NCBI GenBank assembly: GCA_018241025.1
Contig: JAFEEQ010000009.1
Location: 8,065-72,064 of the forward strand
DNA length: 64,000 nucleotides
Reading direction: 5' to 3'
DNA from: Pseudomonadota bacterium
GTDB lineage: Bacteria > Pseudomonadota > Alphaproteobacteria > Micropepsales > Micropepsaceae
Under the pieces are notes generated by a model that was given only the letters and a program-made list of their open reading frames with translations, searched no databases and had not been told where the DNA came from. This document shows, piece by piece, positions 20,584-29,374 of the stretch. The position numbers and the translations under genes were made by a program. Position 1 is the first letter of the stretch, and the number at the start of each line of letters is the position of its first letter.

Positions 20584-21753
20584 ATGGATCTCGATGAACG
20601 TCACCGCATGCTGGACGCGCTGCGGACGTCGCAGCCGATCTTCCGCGACGAGAATTCGAAGACTTTCGTTCTCAGCCGCTATGCCGATATCCGTGCGCTG
20701 CTGACCGATCCCGGCATGTTGCGCAACGCCGATCTGGCGGAGGAGGGCTCGCTCGTCCGCAGCTTCAAGCCCGCCGACATGAACCGGCCCGGCGACCGTG
20801 ATGCCGGGATGGGCTGGCTTGATGCACCCGACCATGCCCGGGTTCGCGGGCCGATCCAGCTGGCCCTCAACCGCCGCGTCGCCGCGCTGCGTCCGGCGGT
20901 CGAGGCCATCGTTGCGGCGCGGCTCGATGCGCTCGGAAACCGCTTCGACGCCGTCGAGGATTTCGCGGTGCCGATTCCGATTGCCGTCATCGGCAAGCTG
21001 CTCGGTGTCGATACCGGCGACATGGACCGCTTCCGCGCCTGGTCGGAAGCCGCCATCGGGGTCTTCGCGCCCAATCCGACCGTGCAGGAACGCGCCGCGA
21101 CCAAAGCCGCGAGCGAAGCGATCAGCGACTATCTCGACGTGTCGATGGCGCTGCGGCGCAAGGCGCCGCGCGACGACCTCGTGTCTGATCTCATCGCCGC
21201 GCAGGCGGAAGGCGTTCCGCTCAGCGATGCGGAGATCCGGGTCAACTGCATGAACCTTCTGCTCGGCGGCAACGTCACGACCGCGGATCTGATTGCCTCG
21301 GCGATCTGGCTGCTGCTCGCGCATCCGGATCAACTGGCGCGGCTCCGCAGCGATCCGGCCCTGATCGGCGGAATGGTCGAGGAGGTGCTGCGGCTGGTTC
21401 CTCCGGGCGAGGGCACGCAGCGCATCGCGCCGCGCGACATGACGATCGCCGGATGCCCGGTGCACAAATCGCAGGTCGTTGCCGGACTGGTCGATTCCGC
21501 CAACCGCGATCCCGGGATTTTTCCCGATCCACACCGGTTCGATATCGGCCGCCGGGGCGCGGCGCATCTCAGCTTCGGCGGCGGCGCACATGTCTGCATT
21601 GGCCAGCATCTCGCGCGGCTCGAGGCGCAGGTTGCCGTGGGAAGCATCGTGGCGCGCTTTCCGGAACTGCGTCTGGCCGAGCCGGATGCGCGGCCGGTTT
21701 GGCGCGAGGTTCCGTTCTTCCGCGGCCTTGCAACATTGCCGGTGCTGCGTTGA
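20584..21753 (+). CDS. Cytochrome P450
   Basis: GGNVTT I-helix, EEVLR, HLSFGGGAHVCIG heme motif. Confidence 0.95.
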   Translation: MDLDERHRMLDALRTSQPIFRDENSKTFVLSRYADIRALLTDPGMLRNADLAEEGSLVRSFKPADMNRPGDRDAGMGWLDAPDHARVRGPIQLALNRRVAALRPAVEAIVAARLDALGNRFDAVEDFAVPIPIAVIGKLLGVDTGDMDRFRAWSEAAIGVFAPNPTVQERAATKAASEAISDYLDVSMALRRKAPRDDLVSDLIAAQAEGVPLSDAEIRVNCMNLLLGGNVTTADLIASAIWLLLAHPDQLARLRSDPALIGGMVEEVLRLVPPGEGTQRIAPRDMTIAGCPVHKSQVVAGLVDSANRDPGIFPDPHRFDIGRRGAAHLSFGGGAHVCIGQHLARLEAQVAVGSIVARFPELRLAEPDARPVWREVPFFRGLATLPVLR

Positions 21754-23156
21754 GCGCCAACCTCGACCGCGCGACCAAGTTCGCCTATGGCCTCGGCGCC
21801 ATCGCCTTCGGCGCGCGCGATACCGGATTCAACGTCTTCATCCTGCTGTTCTACAACCAGGTGCTCGGTCTCGATGCGTCGCTGACCGGGCTCGCACTGA
21901 TGCTTTCACTCGTCGCCGATGCGGTGTTCGATCCGCTGATCGGGACGATCTCGGATGGCTGGCGCTCGCGCCTCGGCCGCCGCCATCCGTTCTTCTTCGC
22001 CGCCGCTGTTCCGGTTGCGGTCGCGCATGTCTTCCTCTGGATGCCGCCGGCGAGCCTCTCCGGCGCTGGGCTGTTCTTCTATCTGCTCGGCTTCTCGATC
22101 CTGGTGCGCATGCTGGCGAGCCTGTTCGAAGTGCCCTACGCCGCGCTCGCCGCCGAACTGACCAGCGACTATGACGACCGCACCGCGCTGATGTCCTGGC
22201 TCTTCGCGATCGGCTGGTGGGGCGGGTTGGCGCTGTCGGTCTTCGCTTACGCCGTGCTGTTCCGCCCCGATCCGGGCGATCCGACTGGGCTGCTCAACCG
22301 CCACGGTTTCGCGCTTTTCGGCATCACCGGATCGCTGGTGCTGCTTGCCGGCATCCTCATTCCGGCCTTCGCCACGCGGCATCTGGTGCCGTCACTTCCG
22401 CAGGCCGAGCCGCGCACGCTCGCACAGGCACTGCGCGATTTCGCCATCGTGCTGCGCCAGCCTTCGGTCGCGTCGCTGCTGCTGTCGGTCGTGCTGCTCT
22501 CGGCATCGCAGGGTTTCGGCACGGCGCTTTACAACTACATCCAGGTCTTTTTCTGGGGGCTGACCTCGCCGCAGATCTCCATCCTCGCGCTGACGCCTTT
22601 CGTCTCGGCCGGCCTTGCGATGGCGTTCAGTGGCCGCCTCACCGCGGGACGCGACAAGCGCGACGTGGCCGTCGCGCTCGTCGCCGTGGCCATCGTCGGC
22701 CAGCCGCTTCCGCTGCTGCTGCGTGTCGCCGGCCTCTTTCCGGGCAATGACAGTCCCTGGCTTCTGCCGATCCTCGCCGTGCATTCGGCTTTCGAAACCC
22801 TGGTCTGGGTCCTGTTCTCGATCGTTTCGAGCTCGATGGTCGCCGACCTGGTGGAAGAGACGCGCCGCTTCACCCTGCGCCGCACCGAAGGCGCGCTTTT
22901 CGCCCTGCGCATCTTTGCGCAGAAAGCCGTATCCGGCCTCGGCATCCTGCTTTCGGGTCTCTTGCTCCGCGCCGTCGCGTTTCCGGAAAACGCAGCGCCG
23001 GGCCACGTCCCGCCGGCGACGCTCGACCGGCTCGTACTGGCCTATGCGCCGATCTTCGTCGGCCTCGGCCTCGCATCCGCGTTTGCCCTGCGCGGTTACC
23101 ACGTCACGCGCGCCCGGCACGCGCTCAATCTGAGGGCGATGCCGGCCGGGGATTGA
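21750..23156 (+). CDS. MFS transporter, GPH (Na+/melibiose-like) family
   Basis: DPLIGTISD...SRLGRRHPF, EVPYAAL, MVADLVE; TTG start overlaps the P450 stop. Confidence 0.88.
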   Translation: MSANLDRATKFAYGLGAIAFGARDTGFNVFILLFYNQVLGLDASLTGLALMLSLVADAVFDPLIGTISDGWRSRLGRRHPFFFAAAVPVAVAHVFLWMPPASLSGAGLFFYLLGFSILVRMLASLFEVPYAALAAELTSDYDDRTALMSWLFAIGWWGGLALSVFAYAVLFRPDPGDPTGLLNRHGFALFGITGSLVLLAGILIPAFATRHLVPSLPQAEPRTLAQALRDFAIVLRQPSVASLLLSVVLLSASQGFGTALYNYIQVFFWGLTSPQISILALTPFVSAGLAMAFSGRLTAGRDKRDVAVALVAVAIVGQPLPLLLRVAGLFPGNDSPWLLPILAVHSAFETLVWVLFSIVSSSMVADLVEETRRFTLRRTEGALFALRIFAQKAVSGLGILLSGLLLRAVAFPENAAPGHVPPATLDRLVLAYAPIFVGLGLASAFALRGYHVTRARHALNLRAMPAGD

Positions 23157-23188
23157 CCGGTGCGCGGTCGCCATGCGACCGCTTCACA

Positions 23189-24025
23189 ATGACCCTGCTG
23201 CTCGAACGTTTCGGCGATTTCGCCGCCGCTTATGAGACCCTGATCTGCGATGTCTGGGGTGTCATCCACAACGGCGCGACGGCGCATCCGGCAGCCTGCG
23301 CGGCGCTGAAGACATTCCGCGACCGCGGCGGCCGGGTGGTGCTGCTGTCGAACGCGCCGCGTCCGCCATCCGACCTTGAGCCGCAATTCGAGCGCATCGG
23401 CGTGCCGCTCGACTGCTACGACACCATCGTGACCTCCGGCGGCGCCGCGCGCGAGGACCTTGCCCGCCGCGCCGGACCGGGCGGTCTTCGCATGCTGCAT
23501 CTGGGACCGGAGCGCGACCGCAATCTCTATCTCGGCCTCAACATCACGCTGAGCGATGTCGCGGATGCGCAGATCATCCTCTGCACCGGGCCTTACGACG
23601 ACGAAACCGAGACGCCGGACGACTACAAGGATCGCCTTGCGGCGTATCACGCGCGCAAGCTGACGATGCTCTGCGCCAATCCCGACCGCGTCGTGCAGCG
23701 TGGCGGCAAGCTCGTCTACTGCGCCGGTTCGCTCGCCGAGGCCTATGAGAAGATCGGCGGCAAGGTGATCTACTATGGCAAGCCGCATCTGCCGATCTAT
23801 GCCCATGTCCGTGCCGTGGCGGGCGGGGCGCCGAAGGCGCTCGCCATCGGCGACGGTCTCGCCACCGACATCCGCGGCGCCAACGCGGCCGGGATCGATG
23901 CGCTGTTCATCGCCGACGGCATCCACGGCGAGGACGTGTCCGAGTTTACCGAGGCGCAGATTGGCAAACTCTTCGCCGGTGCCGGCGTTCACGCCAAGGC
24001 GGCCATGCGCGCGCTTGTCTGGTAG
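23189..24025 (+). CDS. HAD-IIA hydrolase, TIGR01459 family
   Basis: DVWGVIHNG, LSNAPRP, CANPD, GKPH, IGDGLATDI. Confidence 0.92.
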   Translation: MTLLLERFGDFAAAYETLICDVWGVIHNGATAHPAACAALKTFRDRGGRVVLLSNAPRPPSDLEPQFERIGVPLDCYDTIVTSGGAAREDLARRAGPGGLRMLHLGPERDRNLYLGLNITLSDVADAQIILCTGPYDDETETPDDYKDRLAAYHARKLTMLCANPDRVVQRGGKLVYCAGSLAEAYEKIGGKVIYYGKPHLPIYAHVRAVAGGAPKALAIGDGLATDIRGANAAGIDALFIADGIHGEDVSEFTEAQIGKLFAGAGVHAKAAMRALVW

Positions 24026-24056
24026 ACGGGGCCGCGGCTAGAGAGTGCAGGACTGT

Positions 24057-24133
24057 CATCCTTCGACAGGCTCAGGATGAGGGATTGAGCTTGGACCTCA
24101 TCCTGAGCTTGCCGAAGGATGCGGGCTCGCGAT
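24057..24133. repeat. REP-like palindrome, family A (CATCCTTCGACAGGCTCAGGATGAGG)
   Basis: 26-bp imperfect inverted arms; same unit at 38948 and 56167. Confidence 0.9.
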
Positions 24134-24179
24134 TCCATTCGCACGCAACCTGCATTAGAAACGAAGATCGGAGACTGCC

Positions 24180-24602
24180 ATGACCTATTACATCGACGAA
24201 CTGGAGCCCGGCATGTCCGAGAGCTTCACCAAGACGGTCAGCGAGTCCGACATCCAGAAATTCGGCGAGGTCTCGGGCGACGTGAACCCGGTCCATTTCG
24301 ACGAGGAATGGGCCAAGACCACGATGTTCAAGGGTCGCATCGCCCATGGCGTCTTGAGCGCATCCTACATCTCCACCGTGCTCGGCATGAAGATGCCTGG
24401 CCCTGGCACGATCTTCATGTCGCTGACCACCCGCTTCAAGGCGCCGGTGCGTATCGGCGACACGGTGGTGGCGACCTGCACGGTGCGCGAGGTCAATGCC
24501 GAGAAGCGCCGCGTCGTCTTCGACTGCGTCTGCAAGGTCGGCGACGTCACCGTGGTCGACGGCGAGGCCATGGTCATGGCGCCTCCTAGGCCGAAGGGTT
24601 GA
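24180..24602 (+). CDS. MaoC family dehydratase ((R)-enoyl-CoA hydratase)
   Basis: SGDVNPVHFD, RIAHG, PGPGTI, FKAPVRIGD. Confidence 0.92.
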   Translation: MTYYIDELEPGMSESFTKTVSESDIQKFGEVSGDVNPVHFDEEWAKTTMFKGRIAHGVLSASYISTVLGMKMPGPGTIFMSLTTRFKAPVRIGDTVVATCTVREVNAEKRRVVFDCVCKVGDVTVVDGEAMVMAPPRPKG

Positions 24603-24639
24603 GGTCGCCATGAGCGCCCGCGCGCGCAGCGCGCAAGAT

Positions 24640-24709
24640 GTTCACGCGGAGACGCGGAGGCGCGGAGATGCGCTCCGATCCTCCGCGTCTCCGCGCCTCC
24701 GCGTGCCAA
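24640..24709 (-). mobile_element. Gene-less (MITE-like) derivative of the GxxExxY element, family B
   Basis: 25-bp (CGCGGAG)x3 arms with a 13-nt spacer; same TTGG/AAC ends as 25699-26148 but inverted. Confidence 0.75.
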
Positions 24710-24716
24710 TACTTCA

Positions 24717-25664
24717 ATGAAGATATTTCGCCACGTCTCCGATGTCACCGACGCCTATAAGGGCGCGGTCGTGGCCGTGGGCAATTTCGACGGCGTCCAT
24801 CTCGGCCACCAGGCGCTGATCGGCGAAGCCCGCCGCATGGCGGAGGAGCGCGGCGCGCCGCTCGCGGTGCTCGCCTTCGAGCCGCATCCGCAGGAATTTT
24901 TCCGCCCCTCGCCGGTGCCGTTCCGCCTCACGCCGTTCGCGGTGAAGGCACGGCTGATCGAGAGCCTCGGTGTCGATGTGCTCTACGCGCTCCACTTCGA
25001 CGCGGCGCTGGCCGAGAAGAGCGCCGAGGATTTCATCGCCGAAGATCTCGTCGGCGGCCTCGCCATTGGCGCCATCGTTGTGGGCGCGGATTTCCGGTTC
25101 GGCAAGGGCAGGGCAGGCAACGTCGCGATGCTCTCCTATATGGGCGAGATGGAAGGCTTCGGCGTCACCGTGTTCGAGCCGGTGATCGCGCATGGCGACG
25201 ACAAGGTGTCTTCGACCGAGATCCGCACCGCGCTGAAAGAGGGCCGGCCCGATGTCGCCGCACGCCTGCTCGGGCGGCCGTGGAGCATCGAAGGCAAGGT
25301 CGAGCATGGCGACAAGCGCGGCCGCACCATCGGCTATCCGACCGCGAATATGCGCCTGACGGACACGCTGTTGCCGGCCTATGGCATCTATGCCGTGCGC
25401 GCGAAGATCTTCGATGCGCAGCATGCGCTGGTTTCGACGCACGACGGCGTCGCCAATTTCGGCATCCGCCCGATGTTCGAAACCCCGACGCCGATGCTGG
25501 AGACGTTTCTGTTCGATTTCAGCGGCGATCTCTACGATAGACATCTCGCCATCGACTTCATCGCCTACATCCGCCCCGAAGCGAAATTCGACTCGATGGA
25601 CGCCCTGATCGCGCAGATGGACAAGGACAGCGAAGCGGCGCGGACAATTCTGCGACAAAGCTGA
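24717..25664 (+). CDS. ribF: Bifunctional riboflavin kinase / FAD synthetase
   Basis: GNFDGVHLGH, GADFRFG, GRTIGYPTAN, YIRPEAKF. Confidence 0.97.
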   Translation: MKIFRHVSDVTDAYKGAVVAVGNFDGVHLGHQALIGEARRMAEERGAPLAVLAFEPHPQEFFRPSPVPFRLTPFAVKARLIESLGVDVLYALHFDAALAEKSAEDFIAEDLVGGLAIGAIVVGADFRFGKGRAGNVAMLSYMGEMEGFGVTVFEPVIAHGDDKVSSTEIRTALKEGRPDVAARLLGRPWSIEGKVEHGDKRGRTIGYPTANMRLTDTLLPAYGIYAVRAKIFDAQHALVSTHDGVANFGIRPMFETPTPMLETFLFDFSGDLYDRHLAIDFIAYIRPEAKFDSMDALIAQMDKDSEAARTILRQS

Positions 25665-25692
25665 CATAAGCTCTCTCGACAGGGAGGCTGCA

Positions 25693-26169
25693 ATGGATTT
25701 GGCACGCGGAGGCGCGGAGACGCGGAGTGGGCTGGAGTCGAAGGCGCTCGACGACGTTACGGGTGCAATCGTCGATGCCGCGTACAAGTTGCACGTCGTG
25801 CTCGGTCCCGGACTTCTGGAGTCAGTCTACGAAGCGGTATTGGCGCGCGATCTCGCGCGCCAGGGATTCACCGTCGATCGGCAGCGCTCGGTGTCCTTCG
25901 AATATGATGATCTTCGCTTCGAAGACGCGTTTCGTGTCGATCTCCTGATTAACAATTCCGTGGTGGTCGAGATCAAGTCTGTCGAGCGGGATGCGCCGGT
26001 ACACGCCAAACAGCTCCTGACCTATTTGCGGCTTCTCAAACTCCCGGTGGGCCTCCTTATCAACTTCGGCCGGCCGACGCTGAAAGAAGGCCTCACGCGT
26101 GTCGTGAACCGCCTGGCGCCCTCCGCGTCTCCGCGCCTCCGCGTGAACCAACCACCGCTTGCCGGGTAG
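25693..26169 (+). CDS. GxxExxY protein (PD-(D/E)XK nuclease-like)
   Basis: LGPGLLESVY motif, RVDLLI, VVEIKS, QLLTYL, GLLINFG. Confidence 0.93.
   Translation: MDLARGGAETRSGLESKALDDVTGAIVDAAYKLHVVLGPGLLESVYEAVLARDLARQGFTVDRQRSVSFEYDDLRFEDAFRVDLLINNSVVVEIKSVERDAPVHAKQLLTYLRLLKLPVGLLINFGRPTLKEGLTRVVNRLAPSASPRLRVNQPPLAG
25699..26148 (+). mobile_element. Candidate autonomous element: GxxExxY core between perfect 25-bp inverted repeats
   Basis: CACGCGGAGGCGCGGAGACGCGGAG (25703-25727) is the exact reverse complement of 26121-26145. Confidence 0.7.
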
Positions 26170-26347
26170 ACTGGACCCGTTCCCGCCCCCCTGTTAGAAC
26201 CTCCGCACCGATTTGGCGGGTTAGAAGGCAAATGCTTGATTTCGCGCGTCTTTCGCGAATTCGTCACCCGGCTTCGCGCCGGGCGTAATGCCGCGCGCGG
26301 AGGCCGGGCCGCATGACCCATCCAACCCCGCGAAAGCCTTAAGAGAC

Positions 26348-29242
26348 ATGTCCAAGACCGAAACCACCACCGAAGGGCGCGACTACCGCGCCACCCTCTT
26401 CCTTCCCGAAACCGCCTTCCCGATGAAGGCCGGCCTGCCGCAATCCGAGCCGCAATGGCTCGCGCGCTGGGAGAAGCTCGATCTCTACGGCCGCATCCGC
26501 GCGAAGGCGAAGGGCCGCCCGCTCTTCGTGCTCCACGACGGCCCGCCCTACGCCAATGGCGAGATCCATTCCGGCACCGGCCTCAACAAGGTGCTGAAGG
26601 ACATCGTCGTGCGCTCGCGCGGCTTCCTCGGCTTCGACGCGCCCTACATTCCCGGCTGGGACTGTCACGGCCTGCCGATCGAATGGAAGATCGAGGAGAA
26701 GTACCGCAAGGACGGCAAGTCGAAGGACGACGTCCCGATCGACCAGCTGCGCAAGGATTGCCGCGAGTTCGCCAACAAGTGGATCGACATCCAGCGCACC
26801 CAGTTCAAGCGCATGGGCTGCATGGGCCAGTGGGACAAGCCCTACACCACGATGGATTACCGCGCCGAAGCGGTGATCGCCGGCGAGCTGCACAAATTCG
26901 TCGACAATGATCTGCTCTATCGCGGCTTCCGCCCCGTGATGTGGTCGCCGGTTGAGAAGACCGCGCTCGCCGAAGCCGAGGTCGAGTATCACGAGAAGAC
27001 TTCGACCTGGATCTATGTTGCCTTTCCCGTCAAGGAATCTCGTACTAGCAAAGTAGACGGCGCGAGCGTGGTGATCTGGACCACAACGCCTTGGACGATT
27101 CCGGGTAATCGCGCCATCGCATACAATGCGGAATTTGAATACTCCGTTGTCCAAGTGAAAACTTCTCACGGCATGAAGACGTATGTCGTGGCATCAGCAC
27201 TCGTCGATCAGTTCCTCAAGGAGACAAAGTTCTCTGAGTTGGAAACGAGCGTACTTTGGACGGTGATGGGACACGAACTTAGAGGAACCGTCTGCGAGCA
27301 TCCTCTCCATGGCCGCGGCTACGATTTTGACGTTCCTCTATTGTCTGGCGATCACGTCACCGCCGACACCGGCACCGGCTTCGTCCATACCGCGCCGGGC
27401 CATGGCGAGGACGACTTCAACCTGATGACGTCGCTGTTCCCTGGCTACGCCGCGAAGAACCCCGACGCCTTCAACGTCGTGAAGGAGGATGGTTCGTTCA
27501 ACGCCCATGTCCCGATGTTCGCCGGCAAGTTCATCCTCAGCCGCGACGGCAAGAAGGATGGCGATGCGAACAAGGCCGTCATCGCCGCGCTGATCGAAGC
27601 CGGCAAACTGCTCGCCCAGGGCACGCTGCGCCATTCCTATCCGCATAGCTGGCGCTCCAAGGCCCCGGTGATCTTCCGCGCCACGCCGCAATGGTTCGCG
27701 GCGATGGACAAGGATATCCCCGGCGGCGGCACACTGCGCGAGCGCGCGATGAAGGGCATTGCCGACACCAAATGGTATCCGCCTTCGGGCGAGAACCGCA
27801 TCGCCGGCATGGTGAAGGACCGTCCCGACTGGGTGCTCTCGCGCCAGCGCGCCTGGGGCGTCCCGCTCGCGATCTTCGTCGAGAAGGCGTCGGGCAAGAT
27901 CCTCAACGACGCCGACGTCAACCGCCGCATCACCGAGGCCTTCACCGCCGAAGGCGCCGATGCCTGGTTCAACTCGCCACCCTCGCGCTTCCTCGGCAAC
28001 GATCGCGATCCGAACGACTTCGAGCAGGTGAAGGACATCCTCGACGTCTGGTTCGATTCCGGTTCGACCCATGTCTTCACCGTCGAGAATCCGCTCGAGA
28101 AGGAATGGCCTAAGAAAGACCACGCCGATCTCTACCTCGAAGGCTCCGACCAACATCGCGGCTGGTTCCAGTCCTCGCTGCTCGAAAGCTGCGCCACGCG
28201 CGGCCGCGCGCCTTACGACGAGGTGCTGACCGCCGGCTTCGTGCTCGACCGCGAGGGCGACAAGATGTCGAAGTCTTCGGGCAACGGTATCCTGCCGCAG
28301 GACGTCGCCAACAAGAACGGCGCCGACATCTTCCGCCTCTGGGTCGCGTCCTCGGATTTCACGCAAGACATCCGCATGGGCAACGACATCATCCAGTCGA
28401 ATGCCGATGCCTATCGCCGGCTGCGCAACACGATCCGATTCATGCTCGCGAACCTCTCGGGCTTCGACGAGAAGGAGCGCATCGCGGCGGCCGACATGCC
28501 GGAACTCGAGCGTTATATCCTGGCCAAGCTCGCCGAGATCGACGCCGTCGTGCGCGAGGCCTATCGCGTCTACGACTTCAACCGCGTCTACAACACGGTG
28601 TTCGGCTTCTGCACCAACGAGCTGTCGGCCTTCTACTTCGACATTCGCAAGGACGCGCTCTATTGCGACGCGAAGACCGCGGCGCGCCGCCGTTCCGCGC
28701 GCACCGTGACCGACGAGGTCTTCCGCCGTGTCGTCACCTGGCTCGCGCCGATCCTCTGCTTCACCATGGAAGAGGCCTGGCTGCTGCGCTTTCCCGGCGA
28801 GGAGGAGAGCGTCCATCTCCACACCTTCCCGGAGACGCCTGCGGGCTGGAAGAACGACGCTCTCATCGCCAAGTGGGACCGCATCCGCACGCTCCGCCGC
28901 GTCGTCACCGGCGCGCTCGAAGTGAAACGCCGCGACAAGGTCATCGGCGCCAGCCTCGAAGCCCGTCCGGTGCTCTACGTCACCGATGCGAAGGATGCTG
29001 CGCTGTTCGACGGTCTCGATCTCGGGGAGATTGCGATCACCTCGAACGCCCGGGTCTCGACCCATCCGGCGCCGTCGGATGCCTTCGCGCTGCCGGACGT
29101 GCCCGGCGTGTCGGCAGAATTCCATCACGCCGAAGGCGACAAGTGCGCCCGCTGCTGGATGATCCTGCCCGAGGTCGGCAGCAACCCCGCCCATGATGAC
29201 CTCTGCAACCGCTGCAGCGAGGCGGTCGATGCGTTCGCGTGA
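26348..29242 (+). CDS. ileS: Isoleucine--tRNA ligase (type 1)
   Basis: LHDGPPYANG, PGWDCHGLP, WTTTPWT, GTGFVHTAPGHG, KMSKS, C-terminal Zn finger. Confidence 0.98.
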   Translation: MSKTETTTEGRDYRATLFLPETAFPMKAGLPQSEPQWLARWEKLDLYGRIRAKAKGRPLFVLHDGPPYANGEIHSGTGLNKVLKDIVVRSRGFLGFDAPYIPGWDCHGLPIEWKIEEKYRKDGKSKDDVPIDQLRKDCREFANKWIDIQRTQFKRMGCMGQWDKPYTTMDYRAEAVIAGELHKFVDNDLLYRGFRPVMWSPVEKTALAEAEVEYHEKTSTWIYVAFPVKESRTSKVDGASVVIWTTTPWTIPGNRAIAYNAEFEYSVVQVKTSHGMKTYVVASALVDQFLKETKFSELETSVLWTVMGHELRGTVCEHPLHGRGYDFDVPLLSGDHVTADTGTGFVHTAPGHGEDDFNLMTSLFPGYAAKNPDAFNVVKEDGSFNAHVPMFAGKFILSRDGKKDGDANKAVIAALIEAGKLLAQGTLRHSYPHSWRSKAPVIFRATPQWFAAMDKDIPGGGTLRERAMKGIADTKWYPPSGENRIAGMVKDRPDWVLSRQRAWGVPLAIFVEKASGKILNDADVNRRITEAFTAEGADAWFNSPPSRFLGNDRDPNDFEQVKDILDVWFDSGSTHVFTVENPLEKEWPKKDHADLYLEGSDQHRGWFQSSLLESCATRGRAPYDEVLTAGFVLDREGDKMSKSSGNGILPQDVANKNGADIFRLWVASSDFTQDIRMGNDIIQSNADAYRRLRNTIRFMLANLSGFDEKERIAAADMPELERYILAKLAEIDAVVREAYRVYDFNRVYNTVFGFCTNELSAFYFDIRKDALYCDAKTAARRRSARTVTDEVFRRVVTWLAPILCFTMEEAWLLRFPGEEESVHLHTFPETPAGWKNDALIAKWDRIRTLRRVVTGALEVKRRDKVIGASLEARPVLYVTDAKDAALFDGLDLGEIAITSNARVSTHPAPSDAFALPDVPGVSAEFHHAEGDKCARCWMILPEVGSNPAHDDLCNRCSEAVDAFA

Positions 29243-29246
29243 TCTT

Positions 29247-29355
29247 CACCTCCCCATCGCGGGGAGGTCGAAATGCGAAGCATTTCGGGTGGGGGAGTCA
29301 CGTCCCCACCCGACGCTCGCGTTGCTCGCGTCGACCTCCCCACGGTGGGGAGGTG
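29247..29355. repeat. Large REP-like palindrome, family C (CCTCCCC...GGGGAGG)
   Basis: Nested hairpins CACCTCCCCATCGCGGGGAGGTCG ... CGACCTCCCCACGGTGGGGAGGTG. Confidence 0.85.
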
Positions 29356-29374
29356 CGAAGCCGTGAAACTCGCC

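Noticed and set aside
26170-26347. T-box or other known riboswitch before ileS
   Set aside because: Small hairpins are present (CCCGGC-TTCGC-GCCGGG) but there is no T-box consensus or terminator.
29273-29374. N-terminal extension of LspA
   Set aside because: It is encoded by the family C palindrome; homology starts near ATG 29375.
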